Translations under genes and position numbers: made by a program
From: an uncultured Acidobacteriota bacterium
GTDB taxonomy: Bacteria; Acidobacteriota; Blastocatellia; RBC074
Reading direction: 5' to 3'
Assembly: GCA_963796275.1 (NCBI GenBank)
Contig: CAWCKY010000002.1
Location: 416,001 to 480,000 of the forward strand
DNA: 64,000 nt
Shown here: one piece after another, positions 29,103 to 38,219 of the stretch
How the letters are laid out: each line of letters starts with the position of its first letter
Numbering within the stretch: the stretch's first letter is position 1
Notes under the pieces: model-generated
Databases searched by the model: none
Told to the model about the DNA's origin: nothing
The model's input: only the letters and a program-made list of their open reading frames with translations

Positions 29103-30215
29103 TCAAATAAATCCTTTCATCCGCCGCGTCAATCGTTTACGTGCCGCCTTCCGAACATTGATAACCTGCTGACGCGTCAATCGTAACATTTGAGCGATCT
29201 TCGCATCTTCAAGCGGCAACTCGTTCCACATCCCGGCCAGCTCTTCCGCGCTCATCTCCATCGTCTCCGCAAGTTGGTGTATTGTTGCGATTCTCAGCGC
29301 CGGAAAAAGCGTAATTCCACCCCCTCCTTCGGTATCACGCAGGTTGAGGAGTAATGCCACGCGCTGATTGGGCGGAAGTTGGTTTATCTCCTCCCATAAT
29401 CTCTGCAAAAATATCCGTTTTTCAACTCGCCACGCCGCATCGCTTCCTCCGGCCGAAGCCTCAAATCCGACGGTATCCTTAATATCTTCAAGGGATTCAA
29501 GAGGCTGATCTTCGTATTGTAAAAGCCCAGCCAGGGCACCTGCCAGTTTATCGAATTCGACCGGACTGCCGAGATAGTCGAATATCGCCGCCAATGTGCC
29601 CCCCCAATCTTCCTGCCCCATCTGCTCACCCGTTTGCCCCGCTTGCCCCGTTTGCCCCGTTTGCCCCGTTTGCGTTCTGGTCTTTAGCAAGCGTATTCGT
29701 CTTCGCAACGCTTCATCATCTACTAACCGTTCGAGCTGCAAGTCGGCGCTGACATTTTTTACTCCTTGCCAACTCGCGAAACCAGCGATCAATTTTTTGT
29801 TCTTATTGCGCCAGAGAGCAAAACCGCGTTGTCGGGTCAGAATGTAATAAAGTCGATTCTTAAATGCGTGGCGTTCTGGAAACTGGCGGCGCATCCAGCG
29901 GGAACAGGCGCGATGAGTTATCACCGCCGCCAACCCGCGCAGATCGTTGACCGGATTGGCATCGGGCCGTTCACGAAGCTGGTATATCGCCTCCAGTAAG
30001 TGCAAAACCGCTTCCTGATAGATATCCCCAGCATCGGTATGCCCGTTGGCTGAATAGCAATATAGATGGAGTTTATAACTGATGATCCCTCTGATCACCG
30101 GGTCGGCGTGCGAGGCGATAAGTTGTGAGAGAATGTCGTCGACCTGTTGGTCGCTGGCCGCCAACAAGAGTGGTTTGAGCAAGGGATCGATCTCTGTCGA
30201 TTGCTTTCTCACCAT
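29103..30215 (-). CDS. Atypical ECF/sigma-70-family RNA polymerase sigma factor with long region 2-4 insert
   Basis: Region-2-like 'DAGDIYQEAVLHLL..LRGLAAVITHRACSRWMRR'; region-4-like 'INQLPPNQRVALLL..DAKIAQMLRLTRQQVINVRKAARKRL'. Confidence 0.75.
   Translation of the reverse strand: MVRKQSTEIDPLLKPLLLAASDQQVDDILSQLIASHADPVIRGIISYKLHLYCYSANGHTDAGDIYQEAVLHLLEAIYQLRERPDANPVNDLRGLAAVITHRACSRWMRRQFPERHAFKNRLYYILTRQRGFALWRNKNKKLIAGFASWQGVKNVSADLQLERLVDDEALRRRIRLLKTRTQTGQTGQTGQAGQTGEQMGQEDWGGTLAAIFDYLGSPVEFDKLAGALAGLLQYEDQPLESLEDIKDTVGFEASAGGSDAAWRVEKRIFLQRLWEEINQLPPNQRVALLLNLRDTEGGGGITLFPALRIATIHQLAETMEMSAEELAGMWNELPLEDAKIAQMLRLTRQQVINVRKAARKRLTRRMKGFI
29629..29673 (-). repeat. Intragenic 9-bp tandem repeat x5 (CCCGTTTGC) encoding QTG/QAG
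   Basis: Read directly; protein reads 'QTGQTGQTGQAGQTG'. Confidence 0.9.
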
Positions 30216-30806
30216 TCATTTTGGTCATCTGGCTGATATTGGCCGATTCTCAGCTGCATTAATAAATACCCCGCAATAAATACCCACCATTGTGTCAAAC
30301 TCATCCGGTTGCGCACTGAGAACAAAGATGGCAAAAAAGATGTGCCACTCTTCAGCCAGTAAAATCACAAAAGAATATCTTATACATGTTCAATCGTGGC
30401 GGTCATCTATCGACTCTCCATTTTTCACGAAATTTTCTCCATAAATTCTCCATTCCGTAACAACTCTCGAGGAGGAGCATTGAAAAGCTTAGATACACCT
30501 GAATCATCTGACCCTGCGATTGAAATTATGGAATTTCACTAACCGAGCACTCATACGGCTCGATCTCATTTCGTCTTCACAGATTTACAGAAAATTTTTA
30601 GGAGAGGGTAATATCCCGCGCGGTTCAGCAACTTCCCTTTTTGGCGTTCACACTTTGAATACCAAAGGCTAGGTGCTTGGATGTGCGACTTGAAACAGAG
30701 GGCCTGAGGTCATGGGTCTTGATTCAACACCGAGCCTCGGGCATCAGCCCCCCAGCCCTCAGTTTCCATCCGCACCATATTTCTAAGAGTTTATTTAGCT
30801 GGAGCA

Positions 30807-31259
30807 TTGATGCAGAAGAATTCTCGCCAAACCTACTCTTTCGATGATTTCACCCTCGACCTAAACCGAGGCTGTTTGCTGCGCTCCGGACAGGAGATCA
30901 AGCTTCGGCCCAAATCCTTCGAGGTATTCAAGTATCTGGTCGAGCACCACGGGCGGCTGGTGAGTAAAAACGATTTGATGCGGGCCGTTTGGTCAGATTC
31001 ATTCGTGACCGACGATTCGCTGGTGCAGTGTCTGATCGAGGTGAGGCGGGCACTGGGTGATGAGTCGCGACGCTATATCAAGACCGTCCCCCGACGGGGC
31101 TACATCTTCGAAGCGCTGTTGCACGAGAGTGCAGCGGAGATTCATAACCACGTGCCAATCATCCTTCGTGGAGACCCGTCCTTCGGCCCAGGCCATAGAT
31201 CGAGACTTGCGCGCAACCTTTTAGCGATAGTGATGATATGGGATAGAAACTCTGGTTGA
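30807..31259 (+). pseudogene. CadC-like winged-helix domain only (probably a truncated regulator)
   Basis: 'YSFDDFTLDL..EIKLRPKSFEVFKYLVE..VWSDSFVTDDSLVQC..IKTVPRRGYIF'. No TM or sensor domain after ~31115. Confidence 0.7.
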
Positions 31260-31409
31260 TCTAAGGAGTTTTTCATCGTTTCTTCGTCATTCTTCGTACT
31301 TTTTTCATCACCAGTGCTCCGGCGAAGAAAATATCTATTCGGATTTAAATAGTAATCGAGGTTGCGCCTTGATATCGACAATGTCATTACCGTCCTCAGC
31401 AATGCGACG

Positions 31410-31443
31410 ACGGTACCTCAAAACTATGATGAGGTACCGACGG
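31410..31443. terminator. Hairpin between convergent wHTH genes
   Basis: CGGTACCTCA-aaactatga-TGAGGTACCG. Confidence 0.55.
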
Positions 31444-31571
31444 GTGGCCTGAAATTCGTGGAAAAGGAAGGCTGATCTACTCGGAACCCACGACTCCACT
31501 AACGCAATGGCGGTCGTTGCGGAATTGGAGAGGTATCGGGCCGTACTTCAACTGCCCAGCTGGCCCATTCC

Positions 31572-33749
31572 TTATCGGAACCCCAGCTTTACATTCGGGT
31601 ATTTGATTCTGACGAGCTGGTATTTGACCGGGCCGCGCAGGATAGCGAGATTCCCTTTACTCGAGATGTCGAATCCGAAAATCCCATCGCCGGAAAAGTT
31701 TGTCAGTTGCTGCGGCGGTCCGCCGGCCACTGGCTGTTTCCAGAGATTCTCGCTGCCGCCGACCCTGTCAGTGTAAACGATGCTTTTGCCGTCGGGCATC
31801 CACCGCAACCTGGCTCCCCCGCTATCGGCGGGGCGGGCACTCACGCCCCCGAGGTGCCGGATTGTCCCATCGGTTAGCGAGATGAGTGTCAGCATGGTTG
31901 GCATGACTGAAGCGCTGGATTTAGCTTCAGCTTTTAAATATGCGAGGTAGTTTCCATCGGGAGATACGACCGCCTCCCCCCCATTCTCCAGGCCCAATAA
32001 TTCCGGTACACCGCCTTCTACAGGCACTCTCTTCAGAGTGTATGCGCTCTTACTGCTCGCTGATGTGTAGACAACCCATTTGCCATCCGGCGTACATTGC
32101 GGCGCAAGGTCTCCGGTACCGAAAGTTAATTGTTTCGGATTCGATCCGTCATTATCCATTCTCCAGATGTTTGCCGCTCCATTGCGAGTGGATGTGAAAA
32201 AAATGTAGCGGTTATCAGGTGACATTGAGGGCAGGATGTTGTCATACGTACCGGTAGTCAGCTGACGTTGGCCCTTTCCATCCGCATTCATCACCAGGAT
32301 GTTCCAAAAGCCGTTGGTGTCAGAAGAATAGAGTAGCCGCCCATCCGGCGTCCACGACAGACCCTCGTAATTACCGCCACCTGATGTGATCTGTGCGGTG
32401 CGGTTCGGGGTAACGGCGCTTGACACCCAGACGTCAGCAAATCGGATCCTTTCAATGCATACAAGATCATGAGCATCGTCGGTTAAACTCACCCCACGCC
32501 ACATCTGCACGCCAGTCGTAAGCCGGCGGGGCAAACGTGTGCCGTCTTCCGATAGCGGTAGTAACCAGGCGTGTCGGAGATTAAACCCCTCATCGGCTGC
32601 AACTACCAGTCCTCCCCCGTGCTTCAGCCAGGAGGGGCGCCGGATAAATTTCCAGGATGGAGTAGACAGAATCCGTTCCGAGTGGTTCTTCAGGTTTATT
32701 TCGAGCAACTGCGAACGCGACGTCGTGTTATAGACGCAGACGATTCGGTTTCCATCCGGCGACCAGGCAGGATAATCCAGATACTCAGGCGTTTCGCGGG
32801 CGGCCAGTATCTTCTCCTCAGAACCGTCAAGCGTCGCAATCAGCAGAGAAGAGCGGCCCCGGACGTGATCTTCCCGCACAAAAGCGAACTGGCGGCCGTC
32901 GGGTGCAAAGGAGACAGTTGAATTGAGTCTCTCTACGATCCTGCGCGCGTTTCCACCGGTAATCGGGATCTGGTAGAGCGTCTCAGTTTGATCCGGCTTT
33001 CTTGTGGTGTAGTAAACGAACTTGCTGTCCGGCGAAAAGGCCAGACAACCCAACCTGAGTGTTGACGGGGGCACTATCTGTGTCTCGCTCCCGTCAGCCG
33101 ATACCTGTAGCCACAAGCTCTGCTGCCGCTTCTCTTTCACTATCTTGACGATGTATTTGCCATCGGGCGATACCAAACCGTCGACCAAATTGCCAGTGTT
33201 TGGCAACCTAACAATTATCGGGTCTGGCGGCGATTCATTTATCCGGGCACGCCCGCCGATAATGAGTGCGGCTAACAACACAATCGCGCTGAGCGCGACC
33301 AAGCCGACCAGCGCGATCAGAAGCCGATACTTCAACCGCAATCCCGACCTGAAAGGATGAGGAGGAGCCGCGTCCTCCCTTACGATTAGTGGTCCATCGC
33401 TCTCACCGATCGCCGGGATTTCGGTCTGAACATCCATGACGAATCGATAGCCGCGTCCCGGGACTGTGAGAATGTATTGATGCTCACCTCCTGCCTGGTC
33501 ACCAAGGGTCTTGCGTAGTGTGTAGATGTGGCGAGCAAGGTTCGCCTCTTCAACATGACTATCAGGCCAGACCTGCTCCATTAGTTCTGCTTTGCTTACC
33601 ACGCGCCCTTGCTGATCAACGAGGGCAAGTAAAACTTCGAGCGACTTTAATGGCAGAGGTACGATCTCGCCGTTGCGCCGGAGCACACGTTCGGTTGCAG
33701 CAAGTCGGTAATCGCCAAAACGATAATCCCCCTCTTGTTTATTACTCAT
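31572..33749 (-). CDS. CadC-like winged helix + TM + TolB/PD40 beta-propeller regulator
   Basis: 'VWPDSHVEEANLARHI..ILTVPGRGYRF'; TM; many 'SPDG/TPDG' PD40 repeats. Confidence 0.9.
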   Translation of the reverse strand: MSNKQEGDYRFGDYRLAATERVLRRNGEIVPLPLKSLEVLLALVDQQGRVVSKAELMEQVWPDSHVEEANLARHIYTLRKTLGDQAGGEHQYILTVPGRGYRFVMDVQTEIPAIGESDGPLIVREDAAPPHPFRSGLRLKYRLLIALVGLVALSAIVLLAALIIGGRARINESPPDPIIVRLPNTGNLVDGLVSPDGKYIVKIVKEKRQQSLWLQVSADGSETQIVPPSTLRLGCLAFSPDSKFVYYTTRKPDQTETLYQIPITGGNARRIVERLNSTVSFAPDGRQFAFVREDHVRGRSSLLIATLDGSEEKILAARETPEYLDYPAWSPDGNRIVCVYNTTSRSQLLEINLKNHSERILSTPSWKFIRRPSWLKHGGGLVVAADEGFNLRHAWLLPLSEDGTRLPRRLTTGVQMWRGVSLTDDAHDLVCIERIRFADVWVSSAVTPNRTAQITSGGGNYEGLSWTPDGRLLYSSDTNGFWNILVMNADGKGQRQLTTGTYDNILPSMSPDNRYIFFTSTRNGAANIWRMDNDGSNPKQLTFGTGDLAPQCTPDGKWVVYTSASSKSAYTLKRVPVEGGVPELLGLENGGEAVVSPDGNYLAYLKAEAKSSASVMPTMLTLISLTDGTIRHLGGVSARPADSGGARLRWMPDGKSIVYTDRVGGSENLWKQPVAGGPPQQLTNFSGDGIFGFDISSKGNLAILRGPVKYQLVRIKYPNVKLGFR

Positions 33750-34202
33750 AATTATTATCCGGAACACCGAATGGAGAATTTATGGATACCTATCCATTGG
33801 AATTTAATCCCAGCTTATGAGGAGTGTTCAAATCACGGCGGTCGAATCTTCGATGAGCTTTCTGATCGTCCTTCAGACGTGGCCGACGTTTATAGCATTG
33901 ATGACAGTACTCACTCCAAGCTCCAGGGGTGGCCTGGGAGATTTCGATGATCGAGTGATATAAATATTCGGAGCGTCTGGGGCTAAGACATATAACATTG
34001 ATTCCAGAGGCTTTGCACTCTCCTCAAGTTTTATGAATTTGCCGAGGACGTGAGTTTATTAACGTAAGTATGATTGAGTCAAGTGCCGCCCTTCGTTTAT
34101 GGCCAAATGTACTCCTGAGGCAGATAACGGCTGAGACCTCCGACTGAACTGCCATCTGCCGGGCTTAATGACGAGTGCAGGATATACGAGTCCGGACTTG
34201 GA

Positions 34203-34565
34203 TTACAGATGTCGTTTCCCCTTGTGATCACACGTCTCGGTGTTAATACACTCCTCGTTCAACTTCAGTCGTGTCACATGGCGATGATTGATAAGGTGAG
34301 AATCGATAATTTCAACAACGTCTTCGTGCTTAACCCTACCGTACCAAATTCCTTCCGGGTAAATCACTACCGTCGGCCCATGCTCACACTGATCAAGGCA
34401 GCCGGATTTATTAGCTCGGACGCTAGCCTTAAGGCCGCGAGCGGCCAGTTCTTTTTTAAACAGAAGTTGTAAAGTTCCCTGCCCTTCGGGATCACAACAC
34501 CCGCGAAGATTTTCCGGCGGTCGTTGGTTGGTACAAATAAAAATATGATATTCAAACTTTGCCAT
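34203..34565 (-). CDS. Thioredoxin-like [2Fe-2S] ferredoxin
   Basis: 'HIFICTNQR..GCC..VRANKSGCLDQCEHGPTVVIYPEGIWY'. Confidence 0.92.
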   Translation of the reverse strand: MAKFEYHIFICTNQRPPENLRGCCDPEGQGTLQLLFKKELAARGLKASVRANKSGCLDQCEHGPTVVIYPEGIWYGRVKHEDVVEIIDSHLINHRHVTRLKLNEECINTETCDHKGKRHL

Positions 34566-34581
34566 ATTGTTCAGTTCAGTT

Positions 34582-35033
34582 CCGTTCCATAAAATATGGT
34601 CGAATATGACTCATATTTTACGCCGGCGCTTTTGTTTATTTGCCGCCGGCAGTTTCGCTCTCTGATTGACGCGCGATTTGATCTCAGGCGCTCCGGCGCG
34701 TTCTAGAGTCGGCCCCGGAACGGTCACCGTCCTGGTCTTCCCATCCTGAGATGAGGCATTCCGGTGTTCCAATCGGGACTCGTACCTTTCGACAAGAATC
34801 TTCCTGACGGTCTCTTTAGGCGTGTAAAGAGTGATCCTCGGATCATTGACTCTTGCCTTCTGGTTGATTGCCGCGATCACATCCGCATGGCCCGCGTGCC
34901 CGCATTTGACGCACTGAAACCTATCTCCCTTGCGATTCGCCTTACTCAAATAATCACAAGCGGGACAGGTTTGCGAGCTGTATGCCGGATTGACCTGCTC
35001 TCGACGGCATCCTGCCGCCGACGCCTTGATGAT
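34582..35033 (-). mobile_element. tnpB: 3' remnant of a TnpB-encoding IS (IS200/IS605 or IS607 group): RuvC-II/zinc-ribbon/RuvC-III fragment plus probable right end
   Basis: 'QVNPAYSSQTCPACDY..NRKGDRFQCVKCGHAGHADVIAAIN'. The N-terminal two-thirds are absent. The right-end boundary is inferred. Confidence 0.8.
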
Positions 35034-35678
35034 CATCATTGCTCATTGCTGTGGTCAACCCCTGCGATGAAACATTTGATCGCGGTAGACGGCACCGCGC
35101 AGTTCGCATACTGTTCGCCTTTGAATTCTGAATTATGCAGTTGCAGCACAATATTCTAATCTAACCACCGGACAAGCCTATGTCCAGCGGACAACCAATT
35201 CGGATCAGAAAAAACACAGCCAGCGATAGCCGTGAAACAAGCTACTTGCACACCCTGAATGCATAAGTTGAATACCGCTAGCGGTAGCGAGCGCGTCGCT
35301 CTAACCTCACATATTTCGCTCTTCGGAAGCTCCTAATATTCTAAGTCAGCAATGATTTCTTCGTGTTTCGAATTGAGAGGTTTGTGTTTGTATTTTTGTG
35401 TTGGTATTAATGCTGAGCACACGAATAGTGGCACTTTCTTTGCTCGCTATCTGATGTTGGTATTCCCCTTCCGTAATTATGAAATCAAATCTGACGTTTT
35501 GATACGAGTGCATACACATGCCTGTCCAGGATGCATACGCGCGACTGAATATGTGGGGCAGCGGACAGTTATTAATGAACTGACTGCAGTGTCCTGTTTA
35601 TGCAAGGGCAGACATAAGTAAATGCCCATTATCCGAGGACGATGGGCGGACAAGAAACAGCCAAAGCTCGCATAGGAG

Positions 35679-37001
35679 ATGATAATGAATCAACGACATA
35701 ACATGTTAGTGGTCTTGTCAGTCGCTGCCGGATTAATAATGGCTGCGGCATTCTATGATGCGTTCGGGATAGACTCGGTTATAAGCAGTCGGGAGAAGAA
35801 ACCGGATGCGCCAGACGCGCCGGGCGTGCGTCATAAGCTGACGCCTGCCGATCTTCCTCCGGCGAATGCAACGGGATCGGTGGTAAATCACCCAAATCTG
35901 GTTCCCCAGCCAAAGGGCGTGATGCCACAAGTCCCGAAAGGTTTCCGCGTAGAGAAGTTCGCCTCCAATCTCACCAACCCTCGTATGATCCGCACCGCGC
36001 CTAACGGGGATATTTTTGTAGTAGAGTCGCAGGCGAACCGTATTCGCGTGTTGCGTGACGCAGAGAGCGACGGAACGCCTGAAATCAGCGAAATCTTCGT
36101 TGAAGGATTGACCCAGCCGTTCGGCGTCGCATTCTACCCGGTTGGAGAAAACCCGCAATATGTTTATGTTGCGAACACAGGTTCAATCGTGCGCTTTCCC
36201 TATCAGAACGGGGATACCAGGGTGCGCGGTTCAGGCGAAACGATTGTTGACAACATCCCCGGCGGCGGCATGCTCGAAGGCGGCGGTCACTGGACGCGCG
36301 ACATAGTTTTCTCAAATGATGGGACGAAGATGTACGTATCCGTAGGCTCGCGCTCGAACGCCACTGATGACGAATTCGAGGTCCGGCGCGCACGCATCTT
36401 CGAGTTCACGCCCGACGGCAGAAACGAGCGTGTTTATGCATATGGCATCCGCAACCCAGTCGGTCTGGCAATACATCCCACCACCGGCAAGCTGTGGGCC
36501 TCGGTCAACGAGCGCGATGAACTGGGCGACGACCTTGTGCCGGACTACGTGACAGAAGTACAGGATGGAGGATTTTACGGTTGGCCCTGGTATTACATCG
36601 GGCCGAATCAGGATCCGCGGCACGAGGGAATGCGCCCGGAATTGAAAGACCAGGTAATCTTGCCGGACGTGTTGCTGCGTTCACACAGCGCGTCACTGGG
36701 AATGACGTTCTACACGGGCGATCGATTTCCCGCCAAGTATCGTAACTTCGCTTTCTCTGCGCTGCACGGTTCGTGGAATCGGTCGATTCGCACCGGCTAC
36801 AAGGTGATTTATATACCGATACGCGGCGGACGCGCGACCGGCGAATACATAGATTTCATGACCGGATTTGTCACACCCGAAGGAGATGTTTGGGGTCGTC
36901 CGGTTGCAATTACGGTTGGACGCGACGGCGCACTTTACGTTACGGATGATGGTGGAAACGCTGTCTGGCGCGTGTCATACGAGAGGAGGAGGCAGTTTTA
37001 G
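35679..37001 (+). CDS. L-sorbosone dehydrogenase / PQQ-dependent sugar dehydrogenase family protein
   Basis: 'PKGFRVEKFA..PRMIRTAPNGDIFV', 'GHWTRDI', 'GIRNPVGL', 'VNERDELGDDLVPDY', 'FYGWP', 'HGSWNRS..GYKV', 'GRPV'; AGGAG RBS. Confidence 0.9.
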   Translation: MIMNQRHNMLVVLSVAAGLIMAAAFYDAFGIDSVISSREKKPDAPDAPGVRHKLTPADLPPANATGSVVNHPNLVPQPKGVMPQVPKGFRVEKFASNLTNPRMIRTAPNGDIFVVESQANRIRVLRDAESDGTPEISEIFVEGLTQPFGVAFYPVGENPQYVYVANTGSIVRFPYQNGDTRVRGSGETIVDNIPGGGMLEGGGHWTRDIVFSNDGTKMYVSVGSRSNATDDEFEVRRARIFEFTPDGRNERVYAYGIRNPVGLAIHPTTGKLWASVNERDELGDDLVPDYVTEVQDGGFYGWPWYYIGPNQDPRHEGMRPELKDQVILPDVLLRSHSASLGMTFYTGDRFPAKYRNFAFSALHGSWNRSIRTGYKVIYIPIRGGRATGEYIDFMTGFVTPEGDVWGRPVAITVGRDGALYVTDDGGNAVWRVSYERRRQF

Positions 37002-37085
37002 TCATGACAATCGGCCGCTGAAACCGATGTCGCCGCCGCACATTTGAGCGGATAGCCCTAAATCATCAGCGTTAATCTTTTTCGA

Positions 37086-37118
37086 CTCCTGGTCCTCCCC
37101 TTGCCGGCGGACCAGGAG
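37086..37118. terminator. Hairpin between convergent genes
   Basis: CTCCTGGTCC...GGACCAGGAG. Confidence 0.55.
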
Positions 37119-37154
37119 CGGTTCTCTTCCACTTCGGGTGTTGAGTGGCGACTA

Positions 37155-38219
37155 CTATCGTACTCCCTTAACTTGCAACTTCCTGAACTCCTCCATCTCG
37201 CGCGACGCTTCCTGTAGTTTGCCCTGTTTGCGGTAGATATTCGCCAGCCCGAAATGGGCCTGTGCCGCGAGGGGGCTTCTCTTCTCGAGCTCGATCACTT
37301 TGGTCCAGGCTTTCTCGGCAACAGCGGGGTCGCCGTCGAGGGAGGCAGCCTTGCCAAGCGAATAGAGGGTCTCGGGCATCTCTGGTTTCAAACGGTCTGA
37401 TCGCTCCAACTCGACCAGCGCCGCCTGCGCCTTTCCCAGCTGTAATAATGCGCTTCCCAGACGATAAGCGGCTTCTGCATTGCCCGGTTGCAACCTGGTC
37501 TCAGCGCGAAACTCCTCTTCCGCTTTAACCCATTGCGAGCCCATGGCGTAAACTTGACCGAGCGCCAGGTGCACGCCGGGCACATCCGGCCGCAACCGCA
37601 ACGCTTCGCGGTACTCTTTTTCGGCCTCCGGCAAACGCCGCAGGGCAAAGTAATTCTCCCCCAGGGCCTGATGCGCGCGAAAGGAGTCGGGATAGGCGGA
37701 GATCAGCGCGTCGGTGATCTGTTTCGAGAGCGATCCGGAGGCGCGGCCGAGATAGTAGAGCAGATCCGGATCGTTGGGCCGCTTAGCCAGAGCGGTCTGT
37801 AGATTGGCCACCGCTTCGGGCAATCGGCCAGCTTCGAGTTGGGCGATTCCCAGCGCGCCCTGATCCTGAACCTTTTCGAGATGCGGAATCGCCTCGGCGG
37901 CATAGCCCCCGGCGAGTAATGCATAGCCGAGCAACTGGCGAGCGCCCGCCATATCCGGATTCAGTTCCAGCGCCCGTTTCAATGGTGCGATAGCGCCGCC
38001 ATAATCACGGTTCTCCATGTAAGCCTGGCCGAGGTTGACGAAGGCCGGGGCCAGTTTCGGCTCGATCTCTGTCGCTTTGCGAAATTCCGCGATCGCAACG
38101 TCGAAGCGCTGCTGCTTGCGCGCCTCCATTCCCGCCTGCAGATGCTCGAGCGCCTCCGGTGATATTTTCTGCGAAACCGGCCACAGAAATAACCATAGAA
38201 ATAAGAAAATGAAGTTCAT
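37155..38219 (-). CDS. Exported TPR-repeat protein
   Basis: Signal peptide; repeated 'A..NLG..Y..A...L.RAL.L.P' TPR units; ATGA-coupled to the CRTAC1 gene. Confidence 0.88.
   Translation of the reverse strand: MNFIFLFLWLFLWPVSQKISPEALEHLQAGMEARKQQRFDVAIAEFRKATEIEPKLAPAFVNLGQAYMENRDYGGAIAPLKRALELNPDMAGARQLLGYALLAGGYAAEAIPHLEKVQDQGALGIAQLEAGRLPEAVANLQTALAKRPNDPDLLYYLGRASGSLSKQITDALISAYPDSFRAHQALGENYFALRRLPEAEKEYREALRLRPDVPGVHLALGQVYAMGSQWVKAEEEFRAETRLQPGNAEAAYRLGSALLQLGKAQAALVELERSDRLKPEMPETLYSLGKAASLDGDPAVAEKAWTKVIELEKRSPLAAQAHFGLANIYRKQGKLQEASREMEEFRKLQVKGVR

Noticed and set aside
30695-30765. tRNA-like stretch 'gaggtcatgggtcttgattc'
   Set aside because: No TTCGA T-loop, cloverleaf or CCA end; better explained as a heptamer-type hairpin.
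33950-34200. Possible ncRNA or riboswitch between the wHTH-PD40 and ferredoxin genes
   Set aside because: Only a weak GGCAGAT..ATCTGCC pairing and no Rfam-like signature that I recognise; an Infernal search would be needed.
35352-35621. 89-aa ORF in the tnpB-dehydrogenase gap
   Set aside because: No RBS or recognisable motif, and atypical composition.
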